Positions 49,168-62,019 are shown, numbered from the stretch's first letter. The stretch is 64,000 bases of DNA from Zygnema circumcarinatum SAG 698-1b (GCA_037447605.1 CM074804.1:2232001-2296000); one strand, 5' to 3'. Notes: generated by a model not told the origin, from the letters alone. Numbers and translations are program-made.

Positions 49168-52100
49168 TTCTGCCCGGTCCAGCGCTCTGATACCACTTGT
49201 TGAAACGGTGCCCCCTGACCTGCTGGAGGATGCCTCTGATGAGTGACATCTCTCTCCACGCCTAGATCAGAGACTTCACTCATGAAGCACAAGATCTCTA
49301 CCTACAAAGCTTAAAACAGCCCCCAAGCAAAGAATGAAAGACAGAACAAGTAAAAGAAAATGAATCTAAGAGAAAAGCACTAAACGGCCTAAAACTCTTA
49401 AATTCAGATTGAAGTACAAGCTGCAGCCATATGCTCTCCCTCCCCGCACCTCTACTCCACTACAAGACTACCACCCTCAAGTCAGGAGGCTCCACCACAT
49501 TCCCGCAAGTTACACCTACCGCTTCCTCGCGTACTACACCTCGTGGTTAAGTCTCAAAGTTCTCCTCTTAATCTCTATACTTCAAAGCAACCATGGGCTT
49601 AATTACTAACCCCGCGACTCAGTTATCACACTAAGAGCGACTCAGCACACACTCAGCGCCGATTTCGCCACGCCGCTCGCGCCGACGTTCCGCCACGCCA
49701 CGCCGCCTTCGCTTTCAAGGCCCACCACGCCACACGCCTTTAGTTGCGCCGCCGCCACGCCAGCGCTCTAGGTTGCGCCGCCGCCACGCCACATCACTCC
49801 GCCGCCATTTCCCTCAACTCCGTCAGCCACAGCCGCCGCTCACATTCTCGGGTAGACGGACTCTTTGGTTCCCGGACGGGCCTCCTCGCTTACTCGGGCG
49901 CGTCTTCGGTGTGTCTTTATGCACACCTCTGAACTCCTAGCTTGACACTAGTTCGACCCTAGCTCTACCGCCTAGCCCTTCTAGACTCCCAAACAAACAC
50001 ATGCACTCACTAACTATGTACCACTAACTAATGTACACTAACAAAGATTATTATTAAGGAGTTTTAGAGCCGAGAGCTTTCTCTTATCCTTTTCTCTCTG
50101 TTATTTCCGCTGTGCATATTCTGAGAGGTTCACTCTGTGAGTAAAATGGGCTATGAGTGAATGTGAGAGTTTGGGAAATGTCATCATCGATTGGAACGCG
50201 AACTCCGATGGAAGGTGATGCGAGTGGAGAAGCCGGCAGCAGTGGAGGAGTCCCTCCACCAACAGTGAAGACGGTGGTAGCGTGAGGGGGAGGGAAGGTG
50301 AGGTTGGAGAGGAGGGATCGGAGCCAAACAGCCTCTTTGGCAGCAGTGGAGGCGGCCATATACTCTGCTTCAGTGGAGGATGTGGCCACTGTAGGCTGCT
50401 TCCGAGAGGACCATGAAATAAGGCCACTGCCCAAAGAAAAACACGAGCATTAACAACCGACGCCTTATGTCGATCAGCTGCCCATCAAGTCAGATAGCCC
50501 AACGAGGGTGGGGGAGCCAGAGGAAAAGGTAAGGCTCAGGGCCTTGGTGCCCTGAAGGTAACGAAGGACACGCTTGGCAGCGCTGAAGTGAGCAGAAGAG
50601 GGGCGGTGAAGGTATTGGCTGAGCTGCCCGACGGCGGCAGCTAGGTCGGGCCGAGTACACAACATTGCATACATAAGGGATCCCAAGATGGATCGGTAAG
50701 TGGCATGCTCCGTGGGGTCGGGGGAGCCAGCCACAAGGGAGGTAAGGTGAATGTGGGCGTCCAGGGGGGTGGAGATGGGGTTGCAAGCGGCCATCCCAAA
50801 ACGGTCAAGGAGATCGGAAACATACTTTTCCTGACTGAGGTGAAGGGTCCGAGCAACCCGCATCTCAATGACGGAATCCCAGACAACACCATTGCAGTTC
50901 GGGCCAGGTCCCACATTATGTCAAAAATGGTCGCTGGCGAGCCGCTTGACATCCCAAATGGGGTGCTGAGGACCACAGATAATGAGGTCATCAACGAAAT
51001 CCGCAAGGATGCAGGAGGGTCCGGACCGCGGCCAATGGAAGATAGATGCTTCCAAATCGGCGGCCGATGCGAGTGAATACCGGCAAGAAGGACAAAGATC
51101 CAAAGTGCGGTTCCGTGACGCTGGTGCTTGCCGAGGTCAGAGATGGATTTGTTGAGCGGCGAAGAGGTGTTCGGTGCCGGAGTGACATACCCGCTGGTTA
51201 CGATAAAAGACGTTTTGAAGGTCCCCGTGAGGAATGCGGTTTCGACATCCATCCGTGAATTTCCCAATCGTGGGTGGCGGAGAGAGCAAGGAGGACGCGA
51301 ATGGAGGTGAATTTGGCCACCGGGGCATAAGTTTCGGTGAAGTCGATGCCTTCAAGCTGAGAGAACCCCTTGGCTACAAAACGGGCTTTATAGCGGTCAA
51401 CCGAGCCGTCGGATTTTTGTTTGATTTTAAATACCCATTTAGAGCCGATGGCGCGACGACCGGGTGGGAGGGGGACAAGGTCCCACGTGTTGTTTTTCTG
51501 AAGGGAGAGGAATTCAGCATCAGCGGCAGCTTTCCAAAGGGCTGCGTCAGGGGTGCGAAGGGCGGCAGCAAAAGTAGGGGGGGCAGACGAGGAGGTGATG
51601 AAGGCCATGGCGGAGGAAAGGAGGGCATGGGCGGCGGTGTCGATAATTTTCCACGTGGGTCGCCGATCGCGAGTGCCGTGGCGGGGGCCAGGGCCGGGGG
51701 GAACCGGAGGGGAGAGTGCCGGAGGGCGGGGTGGCGGGGAGGCCGCGACGGGTGAAGGGGGAGGGGAGTCGGGTAGGCCGGGAGAAGGCGCGAGGGGGAA
51801 AAAGGGAGGGGGGGGGAGGTCTGTAGGCGGAGGGGAGGGGTCCGCGTCCGGCTCGGGTGAGATGGAAAGCTCCCTCTGAACAGAAGAGGGAGGGTCGAGC
51901 AGAGAGGACGAGGGGCAGGGGGGGGGAGCGGGGGGAGGGGGGTCGACGGAGGGGGACGCAGGGCAACCGGGCGGGAGGAAGGGGATGTGCGACCGGGCGG
52001 ACAAAGGAATGTCACGCCAACGTGATGGCCGCGGGGAGGGGAATGCTATCCAATCCGCCACGTGAGGTGGGGGAACTGTGACGGCGAAGATCGGGCTTCT

Positions 52101-54480
52101 ACGTGGAGGAAGCTCTGCAAGGGTGTACGCAATGCGGGTCGGTGGCTGGTAATGAAGCCGCCGACGGTGCAGAGCCTCATTAAATGCGGCGTCGCGTGAA
52201 AGTACAATTCGATTTGTCGCACAACACCAAATACGATAGGCCTTGGACGTAAGCGCGTAGCCAAGAAAAATGCCGCGTACGGCCCGCGGTCCCCATTTGC
52301 CAGACGACTGGACGAGATCTTTGTACCAGGCCTCGCAGCCAAAGATACGGAGGTGGGAGACGAGGGGTTTGCCGCCCGCCAGCCCTCGTGAGGGGAGGCC
52401 GTGTGAGGAAGGGCGAGGTGGGGGAAAGGCTCCGGCAAGTGGCCGCGGAGATGGCTTTCCAGAAGCCATGTGGAGGTCGGCAAAATGAAGCATAGAGCGA
52501 GCCATGTCGAGAATGGTGCGGTTAAACCGCTCGGCGACTCCATTTTGCTGGGGGGTGTAGGGAGCGGTAGTCTGATGGGTGATGCCGTGAAGGCGAAGGT
52601 ATTTGGAGAAGGCGGTGGACATAAACTCGCCGCCGTTATCAGTGCGAAGGGTCTTGATGCGGCGACCGAGAAGGGTCTCTGCACGGGCTTTGAACTCTTG
52701 GAAGCGGGAGAAAACGTCAGACTTGTGAGCGATGGGAAAAACATGGGAAAAATGAGTCGCTTGGTCAATGAAAGTGACAAAGTATGATGCGCCGCCGAGG
52801 CTAACATCACGCATAGGGCCACAGACATCAGAATGAATGAGTGCCAGAGGCTCAGAGACAAGGGTGGAGCTTGAGGGAAAAGGCAATCTGGTCATTTTTC
52901 CTTGAATACAGCCTGAACAAAAGTCTAACTTTTCGGTAGAGAAAGAGTCTAAACCTAACACTAAGCCCTGTCCGAGAGTTCTGAGGCTACTTTCAGCAAG
53001 GTGGCCAAAGCGGAGGTGCCACCGAGCAAAGGTAAGGGGGGGGTCAGTGGTGTGAGCATGGGCGTGCCCAAGGGAGGCTGCAAAAGATGTAAGGGAAAAC
53101 AAGCGGCCGGTTTTGCGGCCGTGCCCAACTACAGCGTCTGGGGTGAAGAAAGTAACCCCGTCTGGCCTAAAAAGAGCTGAAATGCCTAAAATCAGGATGG
53201 AGGCTACTGAAAACAGATTCTTCGCGAGGCCATCCACCAGGTAGACGTCATCGATGATGAAGCGCTGGCCGTCAATTAGAGTGGAAACCTGGCCGACATG
53301 CGTGGCAGTCAAGAGCGGTTATCCCCTAAGAAAATGGTCATGGGGAGAGGGAGGGGAGAGAGCCGAGAGAACCAGTCACGACGAAAAGTTAGATGATGGG
53401 AGGCACCCGAGTCAATAAGCCAAGTGGAGTCAGGGAGAGAAGGGTCATACCCAAAAGGGTCCGCGGCCAGAAAGGCGTGACCGAACTTGGGAGCACCATA
53501 GACGACACCCGGGGTGGGAGGCGGGCCGGCCGGGGGGGGGAAGCCGGGGTGAAGAGAGGGGTGTAATGGCGGGCGCGCTGGCGGACCAAGGGAGCGTAGG
53601 GAACGGAGGAGGGTTGGCTACTCTAGCCGACGACAAAGTTCTCAAATGGGACCGAATCGCAGGGGTTAAATCGGAGGGCTGCGCGATATTTGTACGCGCC
53701 GGGCCGGCGGAGGTACGACGGGCGCTGGGTAAAAGTCGGCGCTTCCTTTTGGCCGAGCGGACAGTTGTCCTTTACGTGAGTCTGTTCCTTGCAATACCGA
53801 CAAAAGAGGGCGCCAGGAGACTTGGGCGGTGGAGGACCAGATCCGAAAAGCGCGGACGCGTGGGAGGATCTGGAGGGGGTGGAATCTTTTTCCTCCTCGT
53901 TCAAAAGAAGGTCGGTCAGATCAGCGACGGTTAGTGAGATCGAGGCAGCATCAATGGACGAGATGAAGGACCGGAAAGAGTCGGGCAGCCCGCCTAAAAG
54001 ATTACAGATGATCTCATCATCATGAACTACGCAATCAATGCTGCGAAGCCGTCTAGCAAAGGATTTGACGCGGTCAGTATATGTCAGCATGGTTTCAGAG
54101 GATTCCTTTACGCAGTTAGTGAAGGCACGCCGCAAACGGAGTTTGTGAGACCACTGGCGTCTGCATTTCATTGGTCGGCGAGTCCAAGCCGCCGTGAGCT
54201 GGTAGCCACGACGGTCCGGATGAGACTGGCGCCAATGCCGAAGTGTGATGTGAGGAACGCCTCTTTGTCGCAGGTTTTGTCCAATCGGGCGATTCTCTTC
54301 AAGGTGCCGCGTCGCTGGCCGGGCGTGGAGTGGAAGTGGCAAAGGACAGGTCTCTAGACCAGTAACGACAGACCACAGATTCTCTTCCTCAAAAAGCTGC
54401 TGGCACTGAAACTTCCAGTCGTGCCAGTTTGTCCCATCAAATTTTTCAAGCGCATTTGAGGCATGAGTGGGCCCATAACC

Positions 54481-54796
54481 TATTGAAAAAGACGGAGTGG
54501 ACATTGTACGATCAAAGTGAGGACAGAGAGAGTTGACACAAAAAGACAGATGTGTGATTAACGTGGTAAAAAGTACAATGTCCTAATCTGTTTTATATAC
54601 ATTGCGGCTAAAGCTACACGACAAAGGAGTGTGGAACTAGCCTGAGTAAGGGCGGCTAGGTGTAAGCACAGAGCCGCAAAAGCACAACTAAACTAACAGA
54701 GAAAGTACAAGCTAAAAGGACAGCCAGGTGAAAGTACACGTGGCTGGGAAAACGACAAAATAGTACGACAAAACTGAGAATGTCGGATTCTCAACA
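54481..54796 (-). repeat. Copia A 5' LTR
   Basis: TGTTGAGAA...TTTCAATA on the minus strand, followed directly by the PBS. Confidence 0.95.
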
Positions 54797-55665
54797 GTTC
54801 CTGCGCAGCATGGAACGCGTCCGGCGATAGAGCTGCCCGTTCCTGCGCGCGCGCCGTCGCACGCTCCGCCACAAAACGGTTCGAAACGGAACGGTTGGGG
54901 GTTCCATGGCATGCCGTGCTCGCAGCGACTGCCAGGGGACTCCCTTCCGTCCCCGGGGGCCCAAAAGGACCACCGTACGGCACGAGGGCAGGCGCCGGGC
55001 GGTCCCCCTCGGTCCCCTCGGCCCCCTCGGTCCCCTCGGCCCGAGGCCGTCCCTCGGGTCCCCCCCCGCCGATCGCCGACGGTGACGAACAGTTGCAGGG
55101 GCAGCGCGGCGCAGGCCATGGAGGGAGGGAGGCAGGCTCGCTGCAGGGCTGGGGAAGTCCGCCCCGTGGAGGTGGCTGCTGCTGCTTCCCGTCCTGTCCG
55201 CTGAGCCGACCCTTCGTCTGCAGGTCCATCGAACTCTCAGCACCATGGCGGGCGAGAGGTCATGCGGCTGCTGTTCCCTCCTCTCGCGCTTACACCACGC
55301 GGTCAAAGGGTTGACTCACTGCGAGAAGATCCTTACTCTCGACGGATCTCTGATGGCTGGAGTCTTCATAGTTCTCTCTGCAGAATATTTCCACCTCACG
55401 GTAGTGACTTCGCCCTCTTCTCGACATCCTTCATAGCTGTGACTCTACCCTGGTTGCAGCAAGGACCTTCTACTTGGCCGTTCGGAATTGGCCTTGCAGC
55501 TTCGAGGAGTAAGAATCTGTTTTATTGTACTGAAAAATAAGTTGCATATTTTTTACCCAATTCGCTATTCATCCCTTTATATTTCTATAATTAGCTTCAT
55601 TCTTTGAAGAAAAGTAACAATGGCTGCCACTGATGTCCTTTGTTTTCAGGAGACCTTTGAGGGAT

Positions 55666-57897
55666 ATGAATGAATGGAGGAGCACAGGTCCAGAAGCAGC
55701 ATTCAATGTGGGAGAGAGGGCGGAGGAGAACAACAGCCTTGCGCATGTATTGGGGATAGCCACAGGAAACCCGAAGCGTGTCGTGCAGCAGGAGGATTTT
55801 GCAGAGGAATTTCTTGAGACTTTGGAGGGATGTTCTCCTAGTATGAAGGAAATGGCCAAGAGAATCAGTAAGCGCAGTAAATTTTGTATTTTGAACCTCT
55901 TGTATGTTTGATACTGTGGTCGCGTTTACAATGTGGATGGATCCGGCAGCGTAGTCTGTCTTGGCCCTACTTCTTGGTTCTTTTATGGTTTACGGAGTAG
56001 GAAATATAAAATCCTACAATAACTCATATCATTGAACGATATGAACGAGAAAAGGGATGAGATGCAGTATAGCCTTGTCCTTTCGCATGTGAGTAAAGTA
56101 TCAGAGTATTGTTTCCGTTTGCGGCTTTTTATGACAGTCTTGAAATTGAGGGGACTTATTGCTGAAGGCACTTCTGCTATTTTCATCTGTTGTATTTTTT
56201 GATTTGTTTATACCTCTATATACTTTGCAGACAAGGTCTCTGGGATTCGCACACGCTACCTTGCCTATTATTGTGACGATTACGCAAAAAACCCCAAGCT
56301 TATGACTCACGGTGCACCATCCTTGAATGATCGATTGGAGATGTTCGAAGCTGCAAGTGTGAAGCTTGGTCATGAGGTGGCAGAGAAGACCCTTGCGGAT
56401 TGGGGTGGTGACAAGTCCAAAATTACACATGTCGTCACCTTTTCATGTTCAGGGATGATCTGCCCTGGTGTGTAGATCTGAGCCCACTCCTTTGAGGTCA
56501 ATGCCATTTAAGACTGACGAGTTCCTTCCATGATTCTACATTTCATATGCACTGTTCCAGTGGAAAATATTGGTTGCAGGATCCGCTCATTGGATCCGTT
56601 TATTTTGGCTGTTGGCTGGCGACATCTACTGACTTTTGAGAAAGTTCGCAGGTCTGGATCTTCGACTCATCAAATCACTCGGTCTATCTCAGAAAACAAA
56701 GCATATGTTTGTCTCCTATATGGGCTGCCATGGTGGCCTTGTCGGCATGCGGATGGCATCGGAGATAGCAAAGGCAGACCCTTCTCATCGTGTCCTGATT
56801 GTGTGCTTGGAGCTGAGCTCAGTGAATGCTCATGCTCCAGATCCAAGCAACCCCATGAACAACATCATCATCAGTATTCTCTTTGGAGACGGGGCTGCAG
56901 GTAGGTGACTGAATTTTTAGCAGTAATGTGTTTGGTAAGCCTTAGTTTCTTTTCAATGCCTTAGCGAGTGCTTCGAGTGAGTTCACAACTCCAAAGATGA
57001 CCTTGTCGTTTGTGACTTTGATTGCGAGAGACATGCCCCTAAAGGCTGTTTAGACCCTAGTCTTGTGTCTCATGCGTGTGTGCGGCTCAGGGATGGTGGT
57101 GGGGAGCCATCCCACAAACTATGAGCGTGTGATCTATGAGATCCATCAAACGAATTCAACTTATATTCCGAACAGCGAGACGGCAATTATGGCTCGACCT
57201 TCGGAACAGGGCGAGATTGCAACAGTGGGCAAGGAAGTTCCGTCGGTATGTACTTTCCCATCCTCTTCAGATGATGAAACGGTCTCTCTCATATGTATTG
57301 GGTCTGATGCTCCATACTGCGCCAATGTCTCGTTCATGTCTTCTCAGCAGTGTTGTACATCCTTTTCAAGTGACAAAATCAAGTTATTGATTCGGTTTAC
57401 CTTTAGACATACAGCTGGTCGTTGGAGCAGTAGATCCTTTCGTTCGCGAGCTGGTGGGCGATCACTTGGACTATGAGAAAGACCTGCTTTGGGCAGTTCA
57501 TCCGGGAGGAAAAGCGATCCTAGATGCAACTCAGAGGGGATGCAGACTCAGCCCCGCCAAAATGGAAGCGAGCAGGTGAGTCAGAGGGCCCGGCAGGATA
57601 CAATATGACCTGTATTTGACAGGGCCTAAGATTGGAATTGACATTGGCTGACTTAGCCTCATGATCCTTGACATGAATTGGGGCTGTTTGACGGAAAAAG
57701 ATGTTGACAGCCACATGTGCACTCGTTGCAGAGACATCTTGAGGAGGTACGGCAACATGGCTTCTGCCACAATCCTCTTTGTGCTCGACCAGATGAGGAG
57801 GGATAACGTGAAAGCTGCAGCGAAGCAGTGGACTGTGGCGCTAGCCTTCGGACCCGGCGTCTGTGTGGAGGGCTCGCTCCTGCGCTTAGTGAATTGA
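55666..57897 (+). CDS. Type III polyketide synthase B (paralogue of A), 6 coding exons
   Basis: Exons 55666-55867, 56231-56467, 56652-56900, 57091-57245, 57415-57575, 57732-57897. YMGC, WAVHPGG, YGNMAS, FGDGA, AFGPG; intron positions and phases identical to PKS A. Start codon uncertain because of an upstream acceptor at 55649. Confidence 0.92.
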
Positions 57898-58772
57898 GTG
57901 CAATAACAGCAAACTGACGTTTCCGATGTTGTGGAGTTATTATTTCTTATGTAGGCTAGTAACTGTTCCGTTCACTTGCCAGTTTCGGCAAATTAGTGGC
58001 CAGATAGTTGACAGAGGACGGATGCGACTATGCGGAAATCTCACTATTCTAGCTGCTCGGCAATTGCCAGACCTCAGAACGAGGCAACGCTGAATATCCA
58101 TTCGCCACATTTGTACACTATCCCCTACCTGTACTTGATTCTCACCTTTTGGGAGGATTTGCTGCAATGTAACATGTTAATACGTATGACACAGAATATA
58201 CACTGTACGCGGCATGTTATTGTATCTAGGACTATGAAAATCTTATAAAAGTCCTTGCATGGTATTGCGGTATCGTAGTGGGTGCCAGTCCCAGACTTAC
58301 AGCGAGAATGTCGGGACGACACACGCTATTTGTCTCATGCCTCACGTGCTTGCAAAAAACCTGCCTTTCACTTATGCCAGAATTTCGGAGGAATAACCAC
58401 CGCACAGGCAGACATGCAGCACGCGAGAGAGAGAGAGAGAGCGAGCGAGCGAGAGAGAGAGGGAGGGAGGGAGGGGATAGCATTGGCCGCCGAATGTTGG
58501 AGGACAAAGAAAATATGTTGATGCAATGTGAGCCCATCACAACACGATTCATGGCATGGTTGAACGGGAGGCCATGGAGGGGGAGGGCCCACTGGGCATA
58601 TTAATGAGAGCAGCATAGCATATCGACAGTTTGAAGCAATACATCCCGATACATTACGTATCGGCATACCGATTTTATCCGATACATCGCGCCCCCTGCT
58701 GCTGCTTGAATCCCGCTCGCATTGGCCGTCGCCTCCAGGGCTCACAGTGCCTTGTCTGAGGCAGTCCGCAGG

Positions 58773-61700
58773 ATGGAGGACGACGACTCGTCTCTGCCCT
58801 CTGCTCCGGGGGAGAGGTGGAGGGAGAAGCCATGGCGTCTGGCTGCAGGAGCCGCCGTCGCTGGCTGCATTATTATACTTATTTTGGGAGAACGCATGGA
58901 GAGCCTGCTGAAACATGGAAGAGGCTCCGTCGGTCAGCAGGATCTGCAGGGTAAGGATTATGATGAGGGTCACATCAAACTCAATCAGGATTTTTTATTT
59001 TCTGGTTAAACCAAACCACTGAACCACTGTGATCCTGTGTGTCGCTTAAACATGATTACGCAGAAGAAACGTGGGGCCATCGGCTCCGACTCATGGCAAC
59101 GGATGAACAGATTATGTCAGAGAGTGAAAAAAACAGTAAACTGGGATATCCTTCTAAAGCGTTGAGGTTGAAGCTGAGTGAGCTTTTGGAGCTTGTCCAA
59201 CAGGAAATGACAAGGTTCCGCAGCAACAAATCTGGAAAATTGAAGGAGGTGAAAGCGGGAGATAAAGGAAATGGTGAACTCGATTTAGAGAAGAAGCATG
59301 CAAATGCCGAAGTATTGAAGGAGGAAATTTCAGCTATGGAAGAGGAAAGCACCGCTTGGAGGGAATTGGGAGATTTAATGAAAGCACAAACCGCGGAAAT
59401 TCATGAGAGACTCGCTTCGGGTAAAGAAGGATTAACAGCAGCAATCCTTTCTGAACCTGATGGGCAAATAGGAGCGATTGAAGGTGAAGAAAGCTCCCTT
59501 GGTGTAAGTGAGAGGCCGAAGGAAGCTGCAGCCTTGAAGGAAGCGTCTGACAAGCTCGTGAAAGTAAAGAGGGCATTGATTGTCACCGCTCAAAACATGA
59601 CTGAGTATCTGCAGGTTGGAGAAGGTTGGGGAAGTGGTGAGGAAAGAGTGGATGGCGGATGCGTTAAAGCTGGAAAAGGGCCCATGTATGGACGATCAGC
59701 GACACGGTCCTTGAATTGGCAGCCAGAGCCTGGCAGGTGAGATCTCGAGGACATGTCAGAGGCAGTTTCTTTAGTATTCGTTTTTTGTGTAGAACCTTCG
59801 ATTCAAAGTATCAAATGGTTTCGCTCTCTGCTGCATTGTGTGTTCAAGTTCTCTAAATGCGAATGAACTTCAAGGGAAATCAAAGAAGCGAGGTTTGTAT
59901 GTGCTCTCGAATCATCTCTTGTGTCTTTTGAACTTGAATAATCCGAAAAAAAATAATTTTTTAAGTACGTTATAATTCTGAACAAAATTTATCCTGTAAC
60001 TTAAGCCTCCTGTGAGGGCAACGTGCCTGTGGCGGTGCAGGTATTTGCTTGCAATGTGTACCATGGGGCAGATGAGTAATCGCATCATGTGTTTTCATTT
60101 GTACATGGCGTTCGCAGCCCTCCTTAATCGCACCCTTATTGTCCCGATGGCGGACCTTGGATCCCACACAAAATACGATATGAAAACTGTCTTTGACATT
60201 GAACATGCGAGGGACTGCGTCGGCCAAACCACAATGCTGACAGAGAACGAGTATCTGAGAAGCACCAAACGTAGGGAAATCGAGGTTAAGGTGAGAAGGG
60301 AGCAAATGTCGCAGCTTCTGCATCAAAAGACTTCGTAGCCATCCATTATCCACTGACTGTTTCTTTTTATCCATTGACACCGCGCTTTATTCCCTCCTTG
60401 CAAAAGGTACACTGTTTGTGGCCCGGCGCTCCAAGAGTCGCAGCCTGCGGATTCCGTAAAGGCTGGAAGCAGCCTGAACTGAAATGCCCACTTATAAAGC
60501 TCCTGGGCCCCCCTGTGGCTGGAAAGTTGAAGTTTAATCCGACAGAAGAAGAGCTGCTTACAGTGTATGGAAACCTTGCAGACTCCGTTATCAGGTATGC
60601 GGTCCCTGGGATCCTCTCCTCTCTTCCCTCCCTGCTTTTCTCTCCTATTCTCGCCTCCTCTGCCTTACCTTAGAACGAAGCCTGGTGTTAGTTTGGATCA
60701 ATTCATGTTTCAGCTATGTATATGGCACTTTTGCAAGCGCTAACGCCTGCTCCCATGTCAGCGTGCTTGAGAATTGAGTATTTCATTCTGTTAGGTCAGA
60801 GGGGCGAGGATGAGGGCAGCTTTGGTGACTTGCTGTACGTCGGTTACGGCAATCTCTCTTACATGAAGGCTCTTCCAAACGGACCATTCAAGATGAAGGA
60901 CCCTTCCTGCAAACTCATCATTCAGGTGATCTCTTCCACTCTTCACCTTTCAACGATATGGCGAGCTGCTCACAGAAAGTTCTTGCTAGGCTGAAATGAA
61001 TATAGGGCAGTTGTAAGTGAAGGTAGAGAGATTGCTTGGCCTCCTCCTGCAGGCAGGGAGCGATCTATGGGCAGCTGCAAGTGCAGCCATGCGAGCCACA
61101 TTGGGGCAGCGCTATCTTGGGCTGCACATTCGCCGCGGAGACTTCAAGACATACTGCCAGACTCGCGGAGGCGCATGCTTCAAACCTCTCAGCCAGTACG
61201 CAGCCTGCATTGCCGCGAAACTCAACGCGCTCGGAACGTGAGTCGTGCTTATCCTCCATTGGATCCTTCTTTTTCAGGAATTCGGAACGCAGCAGATGGA
61301 CTGATCCGCAGTAGAAAGCAACAGATGGAGCAGAGTCATGCGCCAAATACTGAGAGTTTGTTGTGGAGGGGACCTGCTGTTGTGCTGGATACAAGCAGGA
61401 GCGTAAGCACAGTGTATGCTGCCCACAATGCGGAGAAGAGCGAGATGCACTACTTGGAAAAAGCCATTCTGGTTAGTGAGTTTTTGATGCGAAGCTGATT
61501 GATTGTGTTGTTTTCCCTGCTGTTTATTACACTTGTTTTTTTCAACTATTTGAGGACTCTGTCTATGCATTTCTTGCTCCTCAACTCCCCCCTCTCTCTC
61601 GCTCTCTCCTCTCTCTCTTCATCTCTCTCTCTCTCCCTCTCGCCTTCCAACTCTCTGTCTCTGTTTGCCTTCGTTTGCAGGCGCAGACGAAGCGGCCCTA

Positions 61701-62019
61701 CGCCTTCCTGACTGCGTCCGATCTGTTGACCCGCGAGTCGAAGAAGATTTTGCGCCGTCCTGAAGTCTTGGCGGCGTTTGAGAAGATTGTGGCGGCCTCG
61801 AGCCGCGTCTTCCTCGGCACCGTCCACTCTACATTCACACTCGACATTTTCCGCATGCGCAAGGGCTTGGGTACGGGCACGTGCCTGGACGATGTCATAT
61901 GTGGAAAAGACGCATCGGAGTTGGCCGAAGCTTTGGAAGACTATGGCCCGGAGACAACGACGGGAGGTAACTTTGCCAAGGGCTGGACTGCAGGAAGCAG
62001 CTCGTCAAGTAAAGGGTAG
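58773..62019 (+). CDS. O-fucosyltransferase-family glycosyltransferase (type II membrane protein), about 8 exons
   Basis: Exons approx. 58773-58950 (TM helix), 59064-59736 (coiled-coil-like stem), 60041-60290, 60407-60594, 60820-60925, 61053-61237, ~61312-61471, 61681-62019. Motifs GQMSNR..AALLNRTLIVP, LGLHIRRGDF, FLGTVHSTFTLDIFRMR. Confidence 0.82.

Larger units (their letters stand above)
33401..50043 (-). mobile_element. Ty1/Copia LTR retrotransposon C, nested in the 3' LTR of B
   Basis: TSD AAGAT (33396-33400, 50044-50048). 5' LTR 49198-50043, PBS at 49184-49195, 3' LTR from 33401 to about 34200. gag-PR ORF 38384-37275 with two CCHC knuckles and WLIDSGAS; RT YVDD near 35170. Confidence 0.88.
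27316..50264 (+). mobile_element. Ty1/Copia LTR retrotransposon B, nested in the RNase H of A
   Basis: TSD GTGAA (27311-27315, 50265-50269). 5' LTR 27316-27723 contains an N gap; PBS TGGTATCAGAGC at 27726. gag, integrase and RT fragments (KWVFKVK...YKARLVAKGY, YVDD); PPT AAGAGGGGA. 3' LTR is 32578-33400 plus 50049-50264, split by element C. Confidence 0.88.
26762..54796 (-). mobile_element. Ty1/Copia LTR retrotransposon A (outermost element of the nest)
   Basis: 316-bp LTRs at 54481-54796 (5') and 26762-27077 (3'); TSD GTTCT/GTTCC; PBS GGTTATGGGCCCAC; PPT GAGAGGGAG. gag 54504-53623, integrase/RT 53312-50474; RNase H split at TVFT|DSQGALAL (50265 / 27315). Confidence 0.93.

Noticed and set aside
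22535-57897. Calling the PKS genes chalcone synthase (CHS)
   Set aside because: CHS-diagnostic residues T197, G256, F265 and S338 are all substituted.
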